A DNA stretch of 64,000 nt from Lobosporangium transversale (GCF_002105155.1 NW_019028999.1:124001-188000), one strand, 5' to 3'. Shown: positions 26,218 through 39,180, counted from the stretch's first letter. A program made the numbers and translations. The notes: generated by a model from the letters alone, not told the origin.

Positions 26218-28401
26218 TTCGCGATCTCACAATCTCACACTACTTTTTTTTTTTTTATTTTTATTTTTATTTTTTTTTGTTTTATGTGATGAACAGAGCT
26301 ATGAAAAACCTGATATCGATCCTAGTAAGAGAGGACAGGAAACAGCATCAAACCAATTCATGCGATTGTAAGTTAAATCACATACAATCAACATCATATG
26401 AATTTGGCGTAATAACTTCTTGAAGGCGAAGACAGACCCAATTTTTTTTTTTTCACTGGAGCCTGATGATTTTTGTGTGTAAACCAGCCTCATCTAATGT
26501 CCTCATAACTCGCCTTGTTCCTCCTATAGGTACCATCACAAGATTGGAACCCCTCAATCGGAAGATATCCTTGTGTACCTTGACACTGTGAATGGAACAT
26601 TCATGCCTAGTGCTGTTGTTTCAGTGGATGGAAAATATCTTATTATAACCATCAGTAAGGACTGTGATGATATCAACAACCTGTACTTGATCGACCTCGA
26701 GGCTGTTGGATACCAGATCAGAGAGAACTTGGACTTGATCAAAGTTGTGGATAACTTTGACGCTGCTTATTCCTAGTAAGCTTTATTGTATTTATTGTAT
26801 TACTTTCTCTTTCTTTCCTTTCCTGTCTTTTTATATAAATATGGATAAACTAAGGTTTCAATCCCTTTACTTTTTCATTATAGCTTGGCCAACAAGGACA
26901 AGATATTTTACTTCAAGTCCAACAGAGACGCTCCTCGGTCCAGGGTTGTGAAGTATGATTTGACCAAGCCTGAAGAAGTAAGATTCTGCCTTTTTTTTTT
27001 TTTTTTTTTCTTACCTTTTTTTGTCATTGATGGCTCCACAAGCTTCATAGGTCAATGGATGAACTTTCTACTAATTGTTTTTTTTTCTTTTTTTTTTTTT
27101 TTTTTTTTTAAAAAATAAAAATAAAAAATAAAATCATTAGGGTTTCGTCGAGATTGTTCCTCAAACTGAAGATGTTCTGACAGAGGCTGCAGTGGTTGAT
27201 CAGGATAAGCTTATTCTTCATTATATCCACGATGTCAAGAGCGTTTTGCGCGTGCATAATTTGATCACGGGCAAGTATTTGAACGACATTAAAGTCCCTG
27301 TGGGCACGGTGACGGGCATTTCTGGAAAGATCAAAGACAAGGATTTGTTTATTCAATTCATGTCGTTCCTCAGCCCTGGAACGATCTATCGTTACCAATT
27401 TGAGGAACAAGCTGAGGACAAGAGATTGTCAGTGTTCCGACAGGCCAAGGTCAAGAACTTTGATGCAGACTTGTTTGAGACCAAGCAAGTGTTCTATCTT
27501 AGTAAGGATGGTACAAAGATCCCCATGTTTATCACCTACAAGAAGGTATAGTAATATGCATGTGAAAAAAAAAATAGTATCATTTTTTTTTTTTTTTTTT
27601 TTCCCCCTTCATGAACATGTTTGCTAATGCGCGTATATACGTCCATTATTCATGTAGGGCCTTAAACTCGATGGTGACAACCCCACGTTCCTTTACGCTT
27701 ATGGAGGCTTCAACATCTCAATTCAAGCAACCTACAGCCCTGCGGTGATTGTATTTATTCAACACCTCGGAGGAGTGACAGCGCATGCAAACATCCGTGG
27801 AGGTGGCGAATACGGTGAAGAGTGGCATAAAGCTGCAATCACCCGTAAGAGACAGAACGCGTTTGACGACTTTCAATGGGCTGCAAAGTATTTGGTCCAG
27901 GAAAAATACACACGTCCAGCTCGTTTGGCGATCAATGGAGGCTCGAACGGAGGATTGCTGGTGAACGTCAGTGTGAATCAGGCACCAGAGTTGTTTGGAG
28001 CTGCGGTTTCGGATGTGGGACTGTCAGACATGTTGCGGTTCCACAAGTTTACGATCGGACATGCATGGCAATCGGATTATGGACGGCCAGATGATGATAA
28101 GGAGGACTTTGAGTATTTGCTCAAGTATTCACCCCTGCATAATGTACAAACGGAGAAGCCATATCCTGCTGTGGCACTGTTTACATCGAGTCACGATGAT
28201 CGTGTGGTGCCATTGCATACATTCAAGTTGATAGCTGAGTTGCAGTACAAAGCAGGAGGGCTGACAGATAAACCATTGGTGGCCCGAATCGAGACTAAAG
28301 CTGGACATGGATTCGGTAAGCCTTTGACAAAGCGCATTGAGGAGATTACAGATCGGTTCTCATTCATTGCCTACGCTGTTGGAGCCAAGTGGGAGGATTA
28401 G
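25383..28401 (+). CDS. Prolyl oligopeptidase (S9A)
   Basis: VADPYRWLED, beta-propeller (FLDPNLL, SGSDW), ANIRGGGEYG, and the catalytic triad motifs GGSNGG (Ser), HDDRVVP (Asp) and AGHG (His). About 7 exons. Confidence 0.96.
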
Positions 28402-28884
28402 GAAAAGATTTAAAAATGAAGCTCTTTTTTTTTTTTTTTTTGCAGATATCATTGCATACCATGTCCATATCGCGTAAAATAAAAAATAAAAATAAAAGCG
28501 ATTCGAGGGGTCTCATGGTTATTTCATCTTTCCCCCTTTGTTCGTTCATGTGCCAACTGTTTTCCAAAAAAAAAAAAAAATATAAAATAAAATAAAAAAT
28601 AAGAATGTTACTCGTCTACGTGTGTTTTACACGCTGCGCACAGATGCAATTAAAAAAAAAAAAAAAAAAAAAACGGTCCTTTGGGTCATTACAGGGTTTC
28701 TTCTCTCTCTCTCTCTCTCTCCTCTTTATTCTCTTATTCTCCCATTGCACTATTTTCATTCATTAAACATTCAACATTAAAAGCATATTTATAATTTTTT
28801 TTTTTATTCTTGTATATAAAGAAACAAACATATCAAAATAAAGTAAAAAAAAAAAAAAAGGAAAAGAAAAGGAAAGAAGGACGA

Positions 28885-30856
28885 ATGGTGCTGGACTTGG
28901 ACGCATGCATTAACTCGCTCTTCCAACGGCAGCTTCTGGCCGAATCAGTGATCAAGGAGATCTGCGAGAAAACCAAAGAACTGTTGATGTCAGAGAGTAA
29001 TGTCGTGCACATCAAGGCACCGGTCACGGTCGTAGGCGACATTCATGGGTTAGTTATAAAAGGAATGCATAAAGGCACATGCATGGAGTTTAAAATGCAA
29101 AAGAACTAACTAATATAATACAACAACGGTATTATTGACTTTTGACCTCTTTTTATTTTTTATTTTTTTAACTTCACTGTATTGGTATTGGATTTGTACC
29201 GCTGGCTAATAGGCAGTTTTATGATTTACTCGAGATATTCAAGATTGGTGGCTATTGTCCAGACACGAACTATCTCTTTCTGGGTAAGAGAAAGGGACGG
29301 GAGGAAAAAAAAAAGAGAATAGTTTACCTTCAAGTTGATGATCCAAAGTATTCTAACTTTGCTTCAAACGTTTCTTTCTTTCTTTCTTTCTTTCTGTCTT
29401 TCTGTCTTTTTATATTGCTTAGGAGATTATGTGGATCGAGGACTTTATAGCGTCGAGACGATGTCCATCTTGACATGTTTAAAACTCCGCTATCCAGAGA
29501 GAGTGCAGCTCGTACGGGGCAATCACGAATCACGCGCCGTTACCCAAGTAAGAAAGTCGTTGAACTTTTTTTTATTTTATTTTATTTTATTTTTTGTTAC
29601 TTTTTATTTTATATATATATAAACATTAATCTTTCAATAGACTTATGGCTTTTACACAGAATGTATGAAGAAATATGGCAGTGCTCAGGTGTGGCATTAT
29701 TTCACGGATCTGTTTGATTATCTTACCTTGTCAGTTGTCATTGACAATATGATCTTTTGCGTCCACGGAGGTAAAGAAAGAAAAAAAAAAGTCAGTTGAC
29801 AAGCACACTATAATCAACATCATATCAACTTTTTGCGGGCGAAATTATTCACAACGGCTCATTATGGTTCAACTCATGTCCCCCTTGTTTATTCTATAGG
29901 ATTGTCACCGTCAATCCACACGATAGATCAGATCAAAGTCATGGATCGTTTTAAAGGTAAGAAGAGATAATCCAGAGGTTTTTATTACTGGCACTATTAT
30001 TGTTGTCGATTCATTTAAAAACATAAATGAGGGTAGTGATGAGAGCAGGAAGCCTGAATAACTGATAATAATATATAATATCCATTCAACATTGTTTAGA
30101 AATCCCACACGAGGGGCCAATGGCAGATTTGGTATGGTCAGACCCAGATCCTGGAAGAGAAGAATTTGCAGTTTCGCCAAGGTAATAAACATTTCTTTGA
30201 CCCTCCACTGGAAAAAAAAAAAAAAAAAAAAAAAAGATAGTGATAGCTGACAATCCTTATTATTGTTGTCATGATCACTCGTAATATAGAGGCGCAGGAT
30301 ATACGTTTGGGTCGCTGGTGGTGGAAAAGTTTCTACATGAAAACGGGATGGACCATATCCTTCGCGCCCATCAGCTCTGCATGGAAGGATTTCAGGTCTT
30401 GTTTGATGATCAGCTCTCAACTGTATGGTCAGCACCAAATTATTGCTATCGTTGTGGTAACCTTGCATCCATTCTGGAAGTGGGTGTGGCAGGAGAACGA
30501 CATTTCAACGTGTTTGAGGCAGCACCTGAGAACGAACGTCCGTCGGCAACGCAGGCGCAGAGGTCTGTATTAGCCAACGGAGCTTCTGCAGGATTGTTCG
30601 CTGGAGTTGGTGCAAGCGCTATCGGTAATGGAGCTAATAGTGGCAGCAGCAATGGCAGCGGTGGTACCAGTGTTAGTTCTATAAACGGAGGAGCTGATTT
30701 TACACAGGTAAACAATACATAAATAACTTTTGACATTTCCAAAGACTGAAAGGAAGAAGAAAAAAAAAAAAAAAAAAAAAAAAAACTTGCTAACATGTTC
30801 TTTTTCTTCATCATTTTTTCTTTTTAAAAAAGGACCCGATCCACTACTTTTTATAA
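28885..30856 (+). CDS. PPG1: PP2A-related Ser/Thr phosphatase catalytic subunit, PPG1-like
   Basis: GDIHG, GDYVDRG, RGNHE, RAHQ and SAPNY motifs, with a C-terminal HYFL. The N-terminus (MVLDLDAC...QLL.E) and extended C-tail resemble Ppg1. Confidence 0.85.
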
Positions 30857-31146
30857 AAAAAAAAAAAAAAACTGATTATTGAAGCGGCATTGTTTGTACG
30901 ATAATAAAACGATGTATTTTTTTTTTTCTTTCTTTCTTTTTTTTATTTTGGAACCAAGCAAGTTTAGTAATGTTATCTCAATTCATGGTGTAAAAAAAAA
31001 AAAAAAAAAAAAAGAAAAAAAAAAGGAAAAGGAAGTATGATATTGATGAAGGTTTTCATCCCTTGCAAGTCAATGTGTCATCTGAAGACATGGAACATCA
31101 TTTATTACATCATTTTATTTGTAAGCTTTTCAATTCTAGTCCTCAG

Positions 31147-31559
31147 TTACCACAGATCGCACTTGTTATCTGGATTCATGGGTGATCGAGGCTTACAGCC
31201 AAAGACTTCAGCAAAATGAGGTGAGTTCTGCACAGCACCGTTGACGCGCCATCTAGCAGGTGCATGTGGGTCCGTTCGCAACTAGAATAGGAAAAAAAAA
31301 AAAAAAAAAAAAAAAAAAATAAAGTCAGACTTCGATCTAAAATAATAATATTAATAATAATAATAATACATACCCTTTCAATAGCAGATGCAGGACGACG
31401 TTGGGAGCACCAAACACGAGCAAACGACATGTAGAAGAGTTGCTCACGTGTGTAATCCTCAAGGCCAGCTAACAGATGGTTTTTGTATTTATTGCCATGA
31501 GGATCAGACTTGAACCTGGCAAGCCACGCGTCAAATGATCTCTTTAATCTATGTTATGG

Positions 31560-31595
<36 letters not shown>

Positions 31596-34500
31596 AAGAA
31601 TATATTGTCAGTCATTAATGAAAAAAAAAAAAAAAAAAAAAAAAAAAAGAAGAAGAGGAAGAAGAAGAAGAAAAGGAGGCATTTGATGGGCTTACAGTTA
31701 CGTTACAAAACACTTACCCTCCATTATCTGCCAAATTCTCGCCAAGAGTAAGTCTGCCATTGACATGGTTCTCGCGTCCTTGAGGATCCTTGACCGTAAA
31801 ATTACCATATTGGTCAATGTAACATTGTGATCTTGACTTGAACTCCACCAATGTTGAATTGGACCACCACTATTCAAATATAACCAAAAGCGAAAACACT
31901 CAGCATTCATTGATGCAATAAAAAATAAAAATAAAATAAAAAATAAAAATAAAAAATAAAAGTACTAAAGTACAATACTGCACAATGTAATCCTATCCTT
32001 CTTTCTGTCTTACATCAGAGAGCTTGCCATGAGCATCAAAGAGTCTGCCTTGGTTATCAAAAGCATGCTGAATCAAGAAGGGGAAAAAAAAAAAGGGACA
32101 GGAGGAGAATATTAGACTTTTTTCATACAGTGCTAAGGTATTTCTAATTTCATATATATCTTACCGTCAACTCATGCCCTGCAACGACACCAAAGCCCCC
32201 ATAGTTCAAGTATTCTGGGTTATCGCCATGGAAGAATGGTTGTTGAAGAATGCCTGCTGGGAAGACGATCTCGTTCGCAGAAGGATTATAGTATGCATTC
32301 ACGGCCTGAGGACTCATGTACCATTTGGCCTTATCCACAGGTTTGCTAAGGTGGGTCAATACTCTCTGGACTCCCCAGGTGCTTGCTCTAATGTTATTTC
32401 CAAAGAAGTCTGCCTTATCAATCCCCAAGTCCTTGTAATATTCCTCCAATGCTTCTGATGACCGGACATCAGGTGACTCTGTCGAGTAACCAATCTTTTG
32501 GACCAGTAGATCCACCTTCTCGGTCGCGTTCAGCAATGTCTCCTTGTCAAGCCATTCCAGTCCAGACAGTCCCGCGACAAATGATGTTCGGAGAGAGCTA
32601 ATGATGCTGTCCGCCATTTCTTTGCTGTCTCCCTGGAATGCTTTCTCGATAAAATAGTGTCCGGCCATAGAGCCCAAGAGATTGTCAACAACGCCCACAC
32701 AAGTCTCCCAGCGAGAGGTCACTAAATCCGCAGAGACGCCTTGCAGTGCCGCCTTGAGCTCCAACATTGGTTTGCGGAATTCAACCGCTAGGTTCGGAGA
32801 GAGTGTCTGGATCAGTCTCCAGGCAAAGTAGTTTTGGATAGTCATCGCAGGCGTATCTCGAAGAAGCGCATTCAACTTCTGAAGATACTCTGGCATGGAC
32901 ACGATGATCGGATCTGGGACCTTGGCTCCCTTGCCGAAAAGCTCATCAATTAACTGGGGCCATTCAATCGCTGGGATTATTTCTGCGATTTGGCTAAGCG
33001 AACGAGGGTTGTAGGTCAATTCAGAGTTTTCAAGATCTTCTTGCTCACTTGAAATGGCAGCAAGAAGCTTTTCAAATCCAACCACATTCTTGGCGACTTC
33101 AGCCCAGGGAATCGGATCAAGCTTGCGATTCTTATCCTTGTTTTCATCCTTATCCTTGTTTTCATCCTTATCCTTGTTTTCATCCTTGGTTCCCATAACA
33201 ATAGTAAACATTTCCTCGACTGTTTTTTGATAGATGGCAACAATTTTATCTTCGTCATAATATTGCTTCGAGGGCAGGCCGAGTCCACTCTCGCCTAACT
33301 GAAACACATTTACATCTGGATCCTTCGGATTGGCATCGATATCGAATTGCACCATAGTTGTCACACCGATCCAAGCAAGTTGAGCAATTGCCTGCGCCAG
33401 TTCATCTGGCTCCGCTCTAGCAAACATCTGTATCTGCGGCTGTGTATCTCGTTTTTGTTTTTGATTCAGAATTTCATCCTTGTCCAAGAGGGTATCAATT
33501 TGAGATGGAGCACCTTGATGATGCTCAGATTCCTCATCCATGATAGAGACATCAGATCTAACAAATGGTGCTTGTTCGGCATTGTGATTCTTGTTATCGG
33601 ACTCTTGGTGGCTGCTCTCTTCTCCTCTGTCGACTTGTTGTTGGATAGTAGAGTCCAATCCTTCGAGTCTTTGTTTGTTGTCATGCGTTTTCTGCTGAGC
33701 CTTCGCATTGATGTTACGCAATACTTCAAGATGACTGAAAGAGGACACCGCAGATACTTTGGTATCAAGTACACTAGACTCTGCAGGGAAGATACTGACC
33801 ATTTTCTTGATCAGATCCGCCAGAGGCTTAACTCCGACCTCCGACATCTTTTTCTCGTCCATGCAACTTTCGTAAAGAGATTGTAATTTGACCAAGTTGC
33901 GTTTGGAAGCATCATCTTTACCCTGGTGTGCACTGTTGGTCTCTGGTGCAAGGATGGCTTTGATAATTTCCTAATCAATGAAAAAAGGGGGGAAAGTAGG
34001 AAAATAAAAAATTGTAAATGAAGAGTAACAATAATAAAAAAAAAAAAAAAGAACATGAAGACTGTAAAGGTAAGCTGTGGTACATAACGTGCCTGGTTCT
34101 GCTTGCTGAGTATATCAAAGTACCCATATCCCGCTTTGTCGTCAGGAATTGAGACCCGATCCACGAATCCACCACCTAATAATGCAACGCACAGCAATTA
34201 TTATTATAATTATTATCATTGTTATTTTTAAAGTTAGACCGTTATCAGGTTCCTTTATTATATGAGCAGATGAGCAGATAATGAGAACTTACAGTTAAAG
34301 TCAAAGAAGTCGTTGCATGGATCAACTGAAGGCTTCATGTCCCTTAGGATGTCCGCAGCGACGATAGTACATTCACGGGAAAAGCAGATTCCCTAAAAAA
34401 AAAAAAAAAAAAAAAAAAAGAAATGACGACGTTTGAAAAATATTCTTAGCGCATCCAGGAGTCTCATTTTTCCCCCAATGTGCCTGTAGTATACTTTTTG

Positions 34501-35283
34501 CATAATTGTGAACATGAACAAATGAGGAAGAGAACTCTGAGAAAACTATGAAGGTTCAAAGGTTCATCTTGCCCCTTCTCTCTGTCTTTTTTTTTTTTTT
34601 TTTTTTTTCCTACTTTCCTTCCTCCCCCCTTCCTTCTCTGTCTTTCCCCTGTTTCTTCACCCCTAATATTGTTATCATTATCATCTTTATAAAAGTAATC
34701 TAGTTGGTACACATACATTCTTGCCACCTTCAGGAATGGCTTCCCTTGCACGAACATAGGCACATAAAAGCCCAATGGCCAGCAGCAATGAGATCGTAGC
34801 GATACCCATAAAGATTTTTTCAAGTTTGGAAGTCTTGTGTTTGAGGTTGTAATACGCTGTACGACAAGGTAAACAACAACAGCCGCAGAGGATCCGCTGT
34901 AAACCAGTCGGTCGATCCTGACCTGAGAACCGTTGCGCGTCTAGCTCTGATGGGTGATGGATAGGCGGAGGCGGCCCTCGTCGTCTATGACCTGAACCGG
35001 TGTTCTGATGCCCGTATAAACTTGGGTTGGTCGAGATATCTTCTGGCTCTTCAGACCAATGGCGCTGAGGTGGTGAAGAGGAGTTGTAGCTGTTATTGTT
35101 GTTGTTCTGCTTATTAAAAATACCGCTCCTACGCGGATAACTATTACTATTGTAGAGATTAGTATTGTTATTATTATTGGGATTGTTTCCGTAATTGATG
35201 TAGTTAGGGCTGCGACTGTTTGGTGGGGAGGTGCGTCTTGGGTTCTGACCACCAAGAAGAGGAGTTGTGTCTGAAAGAGACAT
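31147..35283 (-). CDS. M13 family zinc metallopeptidase (neprilysin/ECE-like), type II membrane protein
   Basis: Cytosolic N-tail, one TM (IFMGIATISLLLAIGLL), DPCNDFFDF, VNAYY, GHELT/HAFD (HExxH split by an intron), GENLADNGG and C-terminal MNPDNKCDLW. Confidence 0.95.
33130..33188 (-). repeat. 18-bp coding tandem repeat encoding (KDENKD)x3 in the M13 peptidase
   Basis: TTATCCTTGTTTTCATCC repeated three times on the plus strand. Confidence 0.9.
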
Positions 35284-35392
35284 TTTTTTTTTTTTTCCTC
35301 TTTCTTTTGGAGTTATTTGTACTTTGGATGTATGCAATGGATGAATAAGGTTGAAGATGAGGAATGATAGGATTGCACAGGGGCTATTTTTT

Positions 35393-35424
<32 letters not shown>

Positions 35425-35851
35425 TTTTTTGTTTCTTTCTTTCTTTTATAATGGAATATGGAATTGCGATAGTTGCTTTCGTGTTGGTTATAGCTGCAGT
35501 TGTATCTGTAAGTATTAGTTAGAAGTAATGATATGAGGTAGTCTAGCGAAAAAAAAAAATAAAAATAAAAAAAAAATAAAAAAATAAAGTGTATAATCGA
35601 AAAAGAGAAAGGATCGTGAAAGAGAAAGGAAGAAAGAGCGTTTGTGAAAGAGAATTGCGAAATGCAACAAAGAGAAGGGACAAAGATCCATATTACACAT
35701 TATTATGATATTATAATGAAGATGACATGGGGACTCATCAATCCATATCACACCAATTTACTCATCTAGTCCATCTAACCACAACAAAGAGCAAAAGTGA
35801 TCATCATTGCTGAAGAGATTTTGCTTGGCATTATTATATTTATAATATTTA

Positions 35852-36026
35852 TCGCCCATTTCATTTGGTCGCGATCCCATATATCTTTAATCTAAAAACG
35901 ATAATTTAATTGACCTTAGTGGCATCTCACTGCCTGACGAACTTGGAACAAGCGAGGTAATTGGCTGCCAATATACTTGAGAGTATTCAAAAAATATAAG
36001 GGATCGCGACCAAATGAAACGGACTA
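35852..36026. mobile_element. Putative MITE (about 175 bp, Tc1/mariner-like TA target duplication)
   Basis: Left end TCGCCCATTTCATTTGGTCGCGATCCCATATAT versus reverse complement of the right end TAGTCCGTTTCATTTGGTCGCGATCCCTTATAT. There is a 20-bp perfect core, TA on both flanks and no ORF. Confidence 0.7.
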
Positions 36027-36614
36027 TATATATTATACATGTATATAAATGTATATATATGAATTACTTCATTCGTTGTAGAGCCACATGACCCTGCTAG
36101 CTCCAAGTCATGTGCCTGTCCCAGCTCTTGAACTCAAAAGCTGGTTAACCTTTACCCCAATGAGTCTGAGATCACCCTATTTTTATTCTGGCTCTGAGAT
36201 TACCCTGATGCCACGTCTATCTATTACCGCAGCCACCATATCAGTTTAACAGACCTAAAATTGTTCTGCCAAGCCCTAATAGTGCTTCTATTAGCTGATA
36301 AATACTTTGGATATTCTATATTCTATGCATACTATATACATTTGATCAATGATAGATTACAGACACCCATGCCATGTCCTGTATGAGAGACCATATGATG
36401 TTGGTGCTCCAGTTTGGAGTATGACCGTATACGACTATCAAGTTAATCTACTCTTCTTCTTCTTCGATTATAAAAACAACCCTCCTCCAACAATTACCCT
36501 CTCCTCAACAGCTTCTCCAGCCTGTCAGACATCAGCTTCTTTTCTAGGCACCTCGCTTCATCGCTTAAAATCCTATTCTGCTTCCTCCTATTTTTTTTTA
36601 TTTTTTTTTTCGAC

Positions 36615-37142
36615 ATGTTGTACTACGCAAGCAAGGACGCGATCCGAACCTGCACTGTAGCCATCACCTCAATCTTGGCTGCATCCTCATTCTTTTTATC
36701 GGCCAACGCCCTTGTCGCGTCTTCTTCGATCTCTACTCCTACTGCTGCTTCTATCGTCGCCACTGCTTCGATGACCTCAATTCATCCCGAGAGCGCCGCT
36801 AACAGTCCTTGGACCTTCTCTCGTGAAGCTTGGGTAACCACGAGCGATAATGGCAAGTCCCCAACTAACCACCCGGATCAGGCTCCCTCGCAGGCAGGAG
36901 CGACTGCTACATCCCCGTTATTGTCTTCGTCGGCATCTCTTTTAAAGCGTACTGTCAGTAGTGATCATGATTGGTACTGTGGAGCCAGTGGTGGCGATAG
37001 CAGTCATCATCATGTACGCCGCTGCGATGATGATTGTTGCTGCGATTGGGATTGTTGCGACTGGGATTGCTGTGATAACTGGGATTGCTGCCACGATGAT
37101 TGCTGCCACGATGATTGTTGCCATGACAAGTGTTGCTGCTGA
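36615..37142 (+). CDS. Putative secreted prepro-protein with a C-terminal Cys/Asp/His-rich repeat peptide
   Basis: Intronless 175-aa ORF. Hydrophobic N-terminus ending SANA (signal-peptide-like), Ser/Ala/Thr-rich pro-region, dibasic KR (36945-36950) and RR (37017-37022), then CDDDCCCDWDCCDWDCCDNWDCCHDDCCHDDCCHDKCCC-stop. Confidence 0.75.
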   Translation: MLYYASKDAIRTCTVAITSILAASSFFLSANALVASSSISTPTAASIVATASMTSIHPESAANSPWTFSREAWVTTSDNGKSPTNHPDQAPSQAGATATSPLLSSSASLLKRTVSSDHDWYCGASGGDSSHHHVRRCDDDCCCDWDCCDWDCCDNWDCCHDDCCHDDCCHDKCCC

Positions 37143-37450
37143 AAAAAATGAGACAGATAAAAAAAAAAAAAAAAAAAAAAAAACCAGAAATGCTTTCATT
37201 GGTTCGTTTTTAACACGCACATGTAGTATACATGTAATTGATCTTTCGGTAATCAACCCAAAAAATAGGATTAAAGGAATCATATTACAACATTAACACT
37301 ATTCCCCGGTTTTCGGTGGTGTGGCAACAGTGGTTTGTGCCCATCTGCCTTGCTTTATTATGTCACCTGTCATTGTCCGTTGATCTCGGGATGAATGTTA
37401 TGCTTATTTTTACTATTGTTACTGTTATCACTCTTTTTCATTTCTCTTTC

Positions 37451-37481
<31 letters not shown>

Positions 37482-37673
37482 CTTTCTTCTCATCTCCTCT
37501 TTCTTTGTATAGCCCCACACTTTGACATTAACCACATACACATTCACACCCCCCCCCCCCCCTCCCCCCCTTTTACTCCTACACATTTTTCTCACCCATC
37601 TCATCTCTGTTCCAAGGACACTATTTCACCAAATCTAAAAGTCTACCTATCCCCCCATCAAATATTCACAGCC

Positions 37674-38723
37674 ATGACGCTGGCAGCAATGTACAAAATG
37701 GATTATATCCAGGACCTCGACCAACACTCCCAAACAAATCTCAATTCATCATGGGTCAATGACAAAGGTACTCGCAGGAAAACGAAATAATAATAATAAT
37801 AATAATAATAACAATAATAATAAAGGAGAAAGGGAAAAAAGTCAAAGTGAAAGTGCATGCAAGCTATCTTGGGAAAATAAAAAACCTGCCCAAACATTCA
37901 AATACTTTAAGTATCAAGGCGCAGTTATATCATCTCTAAGAAGAGGGATATACTTTTGATGCCAAGAAAAAAAAAAAATAATAATAATAGTAATAATAAT
38001 AATCATGGCAATATATCATTTGAGGACATCCTATCCTTTTTAACCGACCCGAAAATCCAAATTGGATGATTAATTTTGTAATTAACTTTCTTGGTTGCCA
38101 TTAGGAGCCTGGATGACCAACATGATCATCATCTTCCTCATCAAACTCTTCTTTGATATCATCCCTGGCATGTCGCAGGAGCTGTCCTGGACCTTGACCA
38201 CTCTAACCTATAACATTGTAAGTGTGCCACTGTGTGTCTTTTTTTTTTTTATTTTTTTTATTATTTTTTTTTTTATACACATACTATTGTTGTCAATGTA
38301 TTTTTCATACATCGTACAAACATGATTGGGAAATTTATTTGGCCTTGGGCACTTTTTTTTTTTTTTTTTTTTTTTTTTGGGTCGTGTGAGGAAGGAGACA
38401 ATTGTTAGGGTTCAGTCATGCGACAGGGGGGCGCTTGAACAATGTGACTGATATTCTTTTTTTTTTTTTTTTTTTTTTTTTTCTTTCTTTCTTTCTTTCT
38501 TTCTTTTGCGTGTAAACAGGGAAGCTACATTATGTTCCACGCAGTAACAGGTGTACCGTTTGAGTTCTCGCAAGGTGCTTACGATGGCATCACACTGTGG
38601 GAACAAATTGATGGAGGCGTTCAATTTACTGCTACACGAAAGTATCTCACAATTGTGCCAGTTGTCTTGTAAGTATAATAATACTAATAATCATAATAAT
38701 AATAATAATAACAACCCATTTTG

Positions 38724-38755
<32 letters not shown>

Positions 38756-39180
38756 TGTTTACTTCTAATTTGTCTTTAGAACAAAAAAATATGGAACTCG
38801 TTCGCTGTTTCGCTCTTATTTTGTCTCCTTTACTCTGCCCATGAGATAGATGTCCGCATTGGTGAAAAGGCCAAATGAAAGAGTGCATGAGGTTTAGCAT
38901 AGCATTTTTATTGTGTAGTGTAATGTCTCGGGTCTTGGGAGGGAAGGGGATTGGCTCACAAAGTTTTTTTTTTTTTTTTTTTTTTTGTTAAAGATGCTGT
39001 CATTGTTAATGACTGACTAAACAAAGGAACACTGTGACAAATCTTAAATGATTTAAGAACACGCGGCAGCGGAGAAGGATGAAAGAACCAAATGACAGAA
39101 ATCTGGGGAAGGTCAGTGCCCCATATGTAAACGACCACAAACAACAACAAAAAAGCAGGAAAAGAGGCACAAGACAAGGG

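Noticed and set aside
25383..28401. Prolyl oligopeptidase as a POPB-like RiPP macrocyclase
   Set aside because: No MSDIN-like or Pro-flanked core precursor is visible nearby, the neighbours are housekeeping genes, and the Cys-rich mature peptide has no Pro. A housekeeping POP is the simpler reading.
37140..37142. TGA after the Cys run read as selenocysteine
   Set aside because: No SECIS-like structure was recognised and the downstream frame runs into poly(A), so it is treated as a normal stop.
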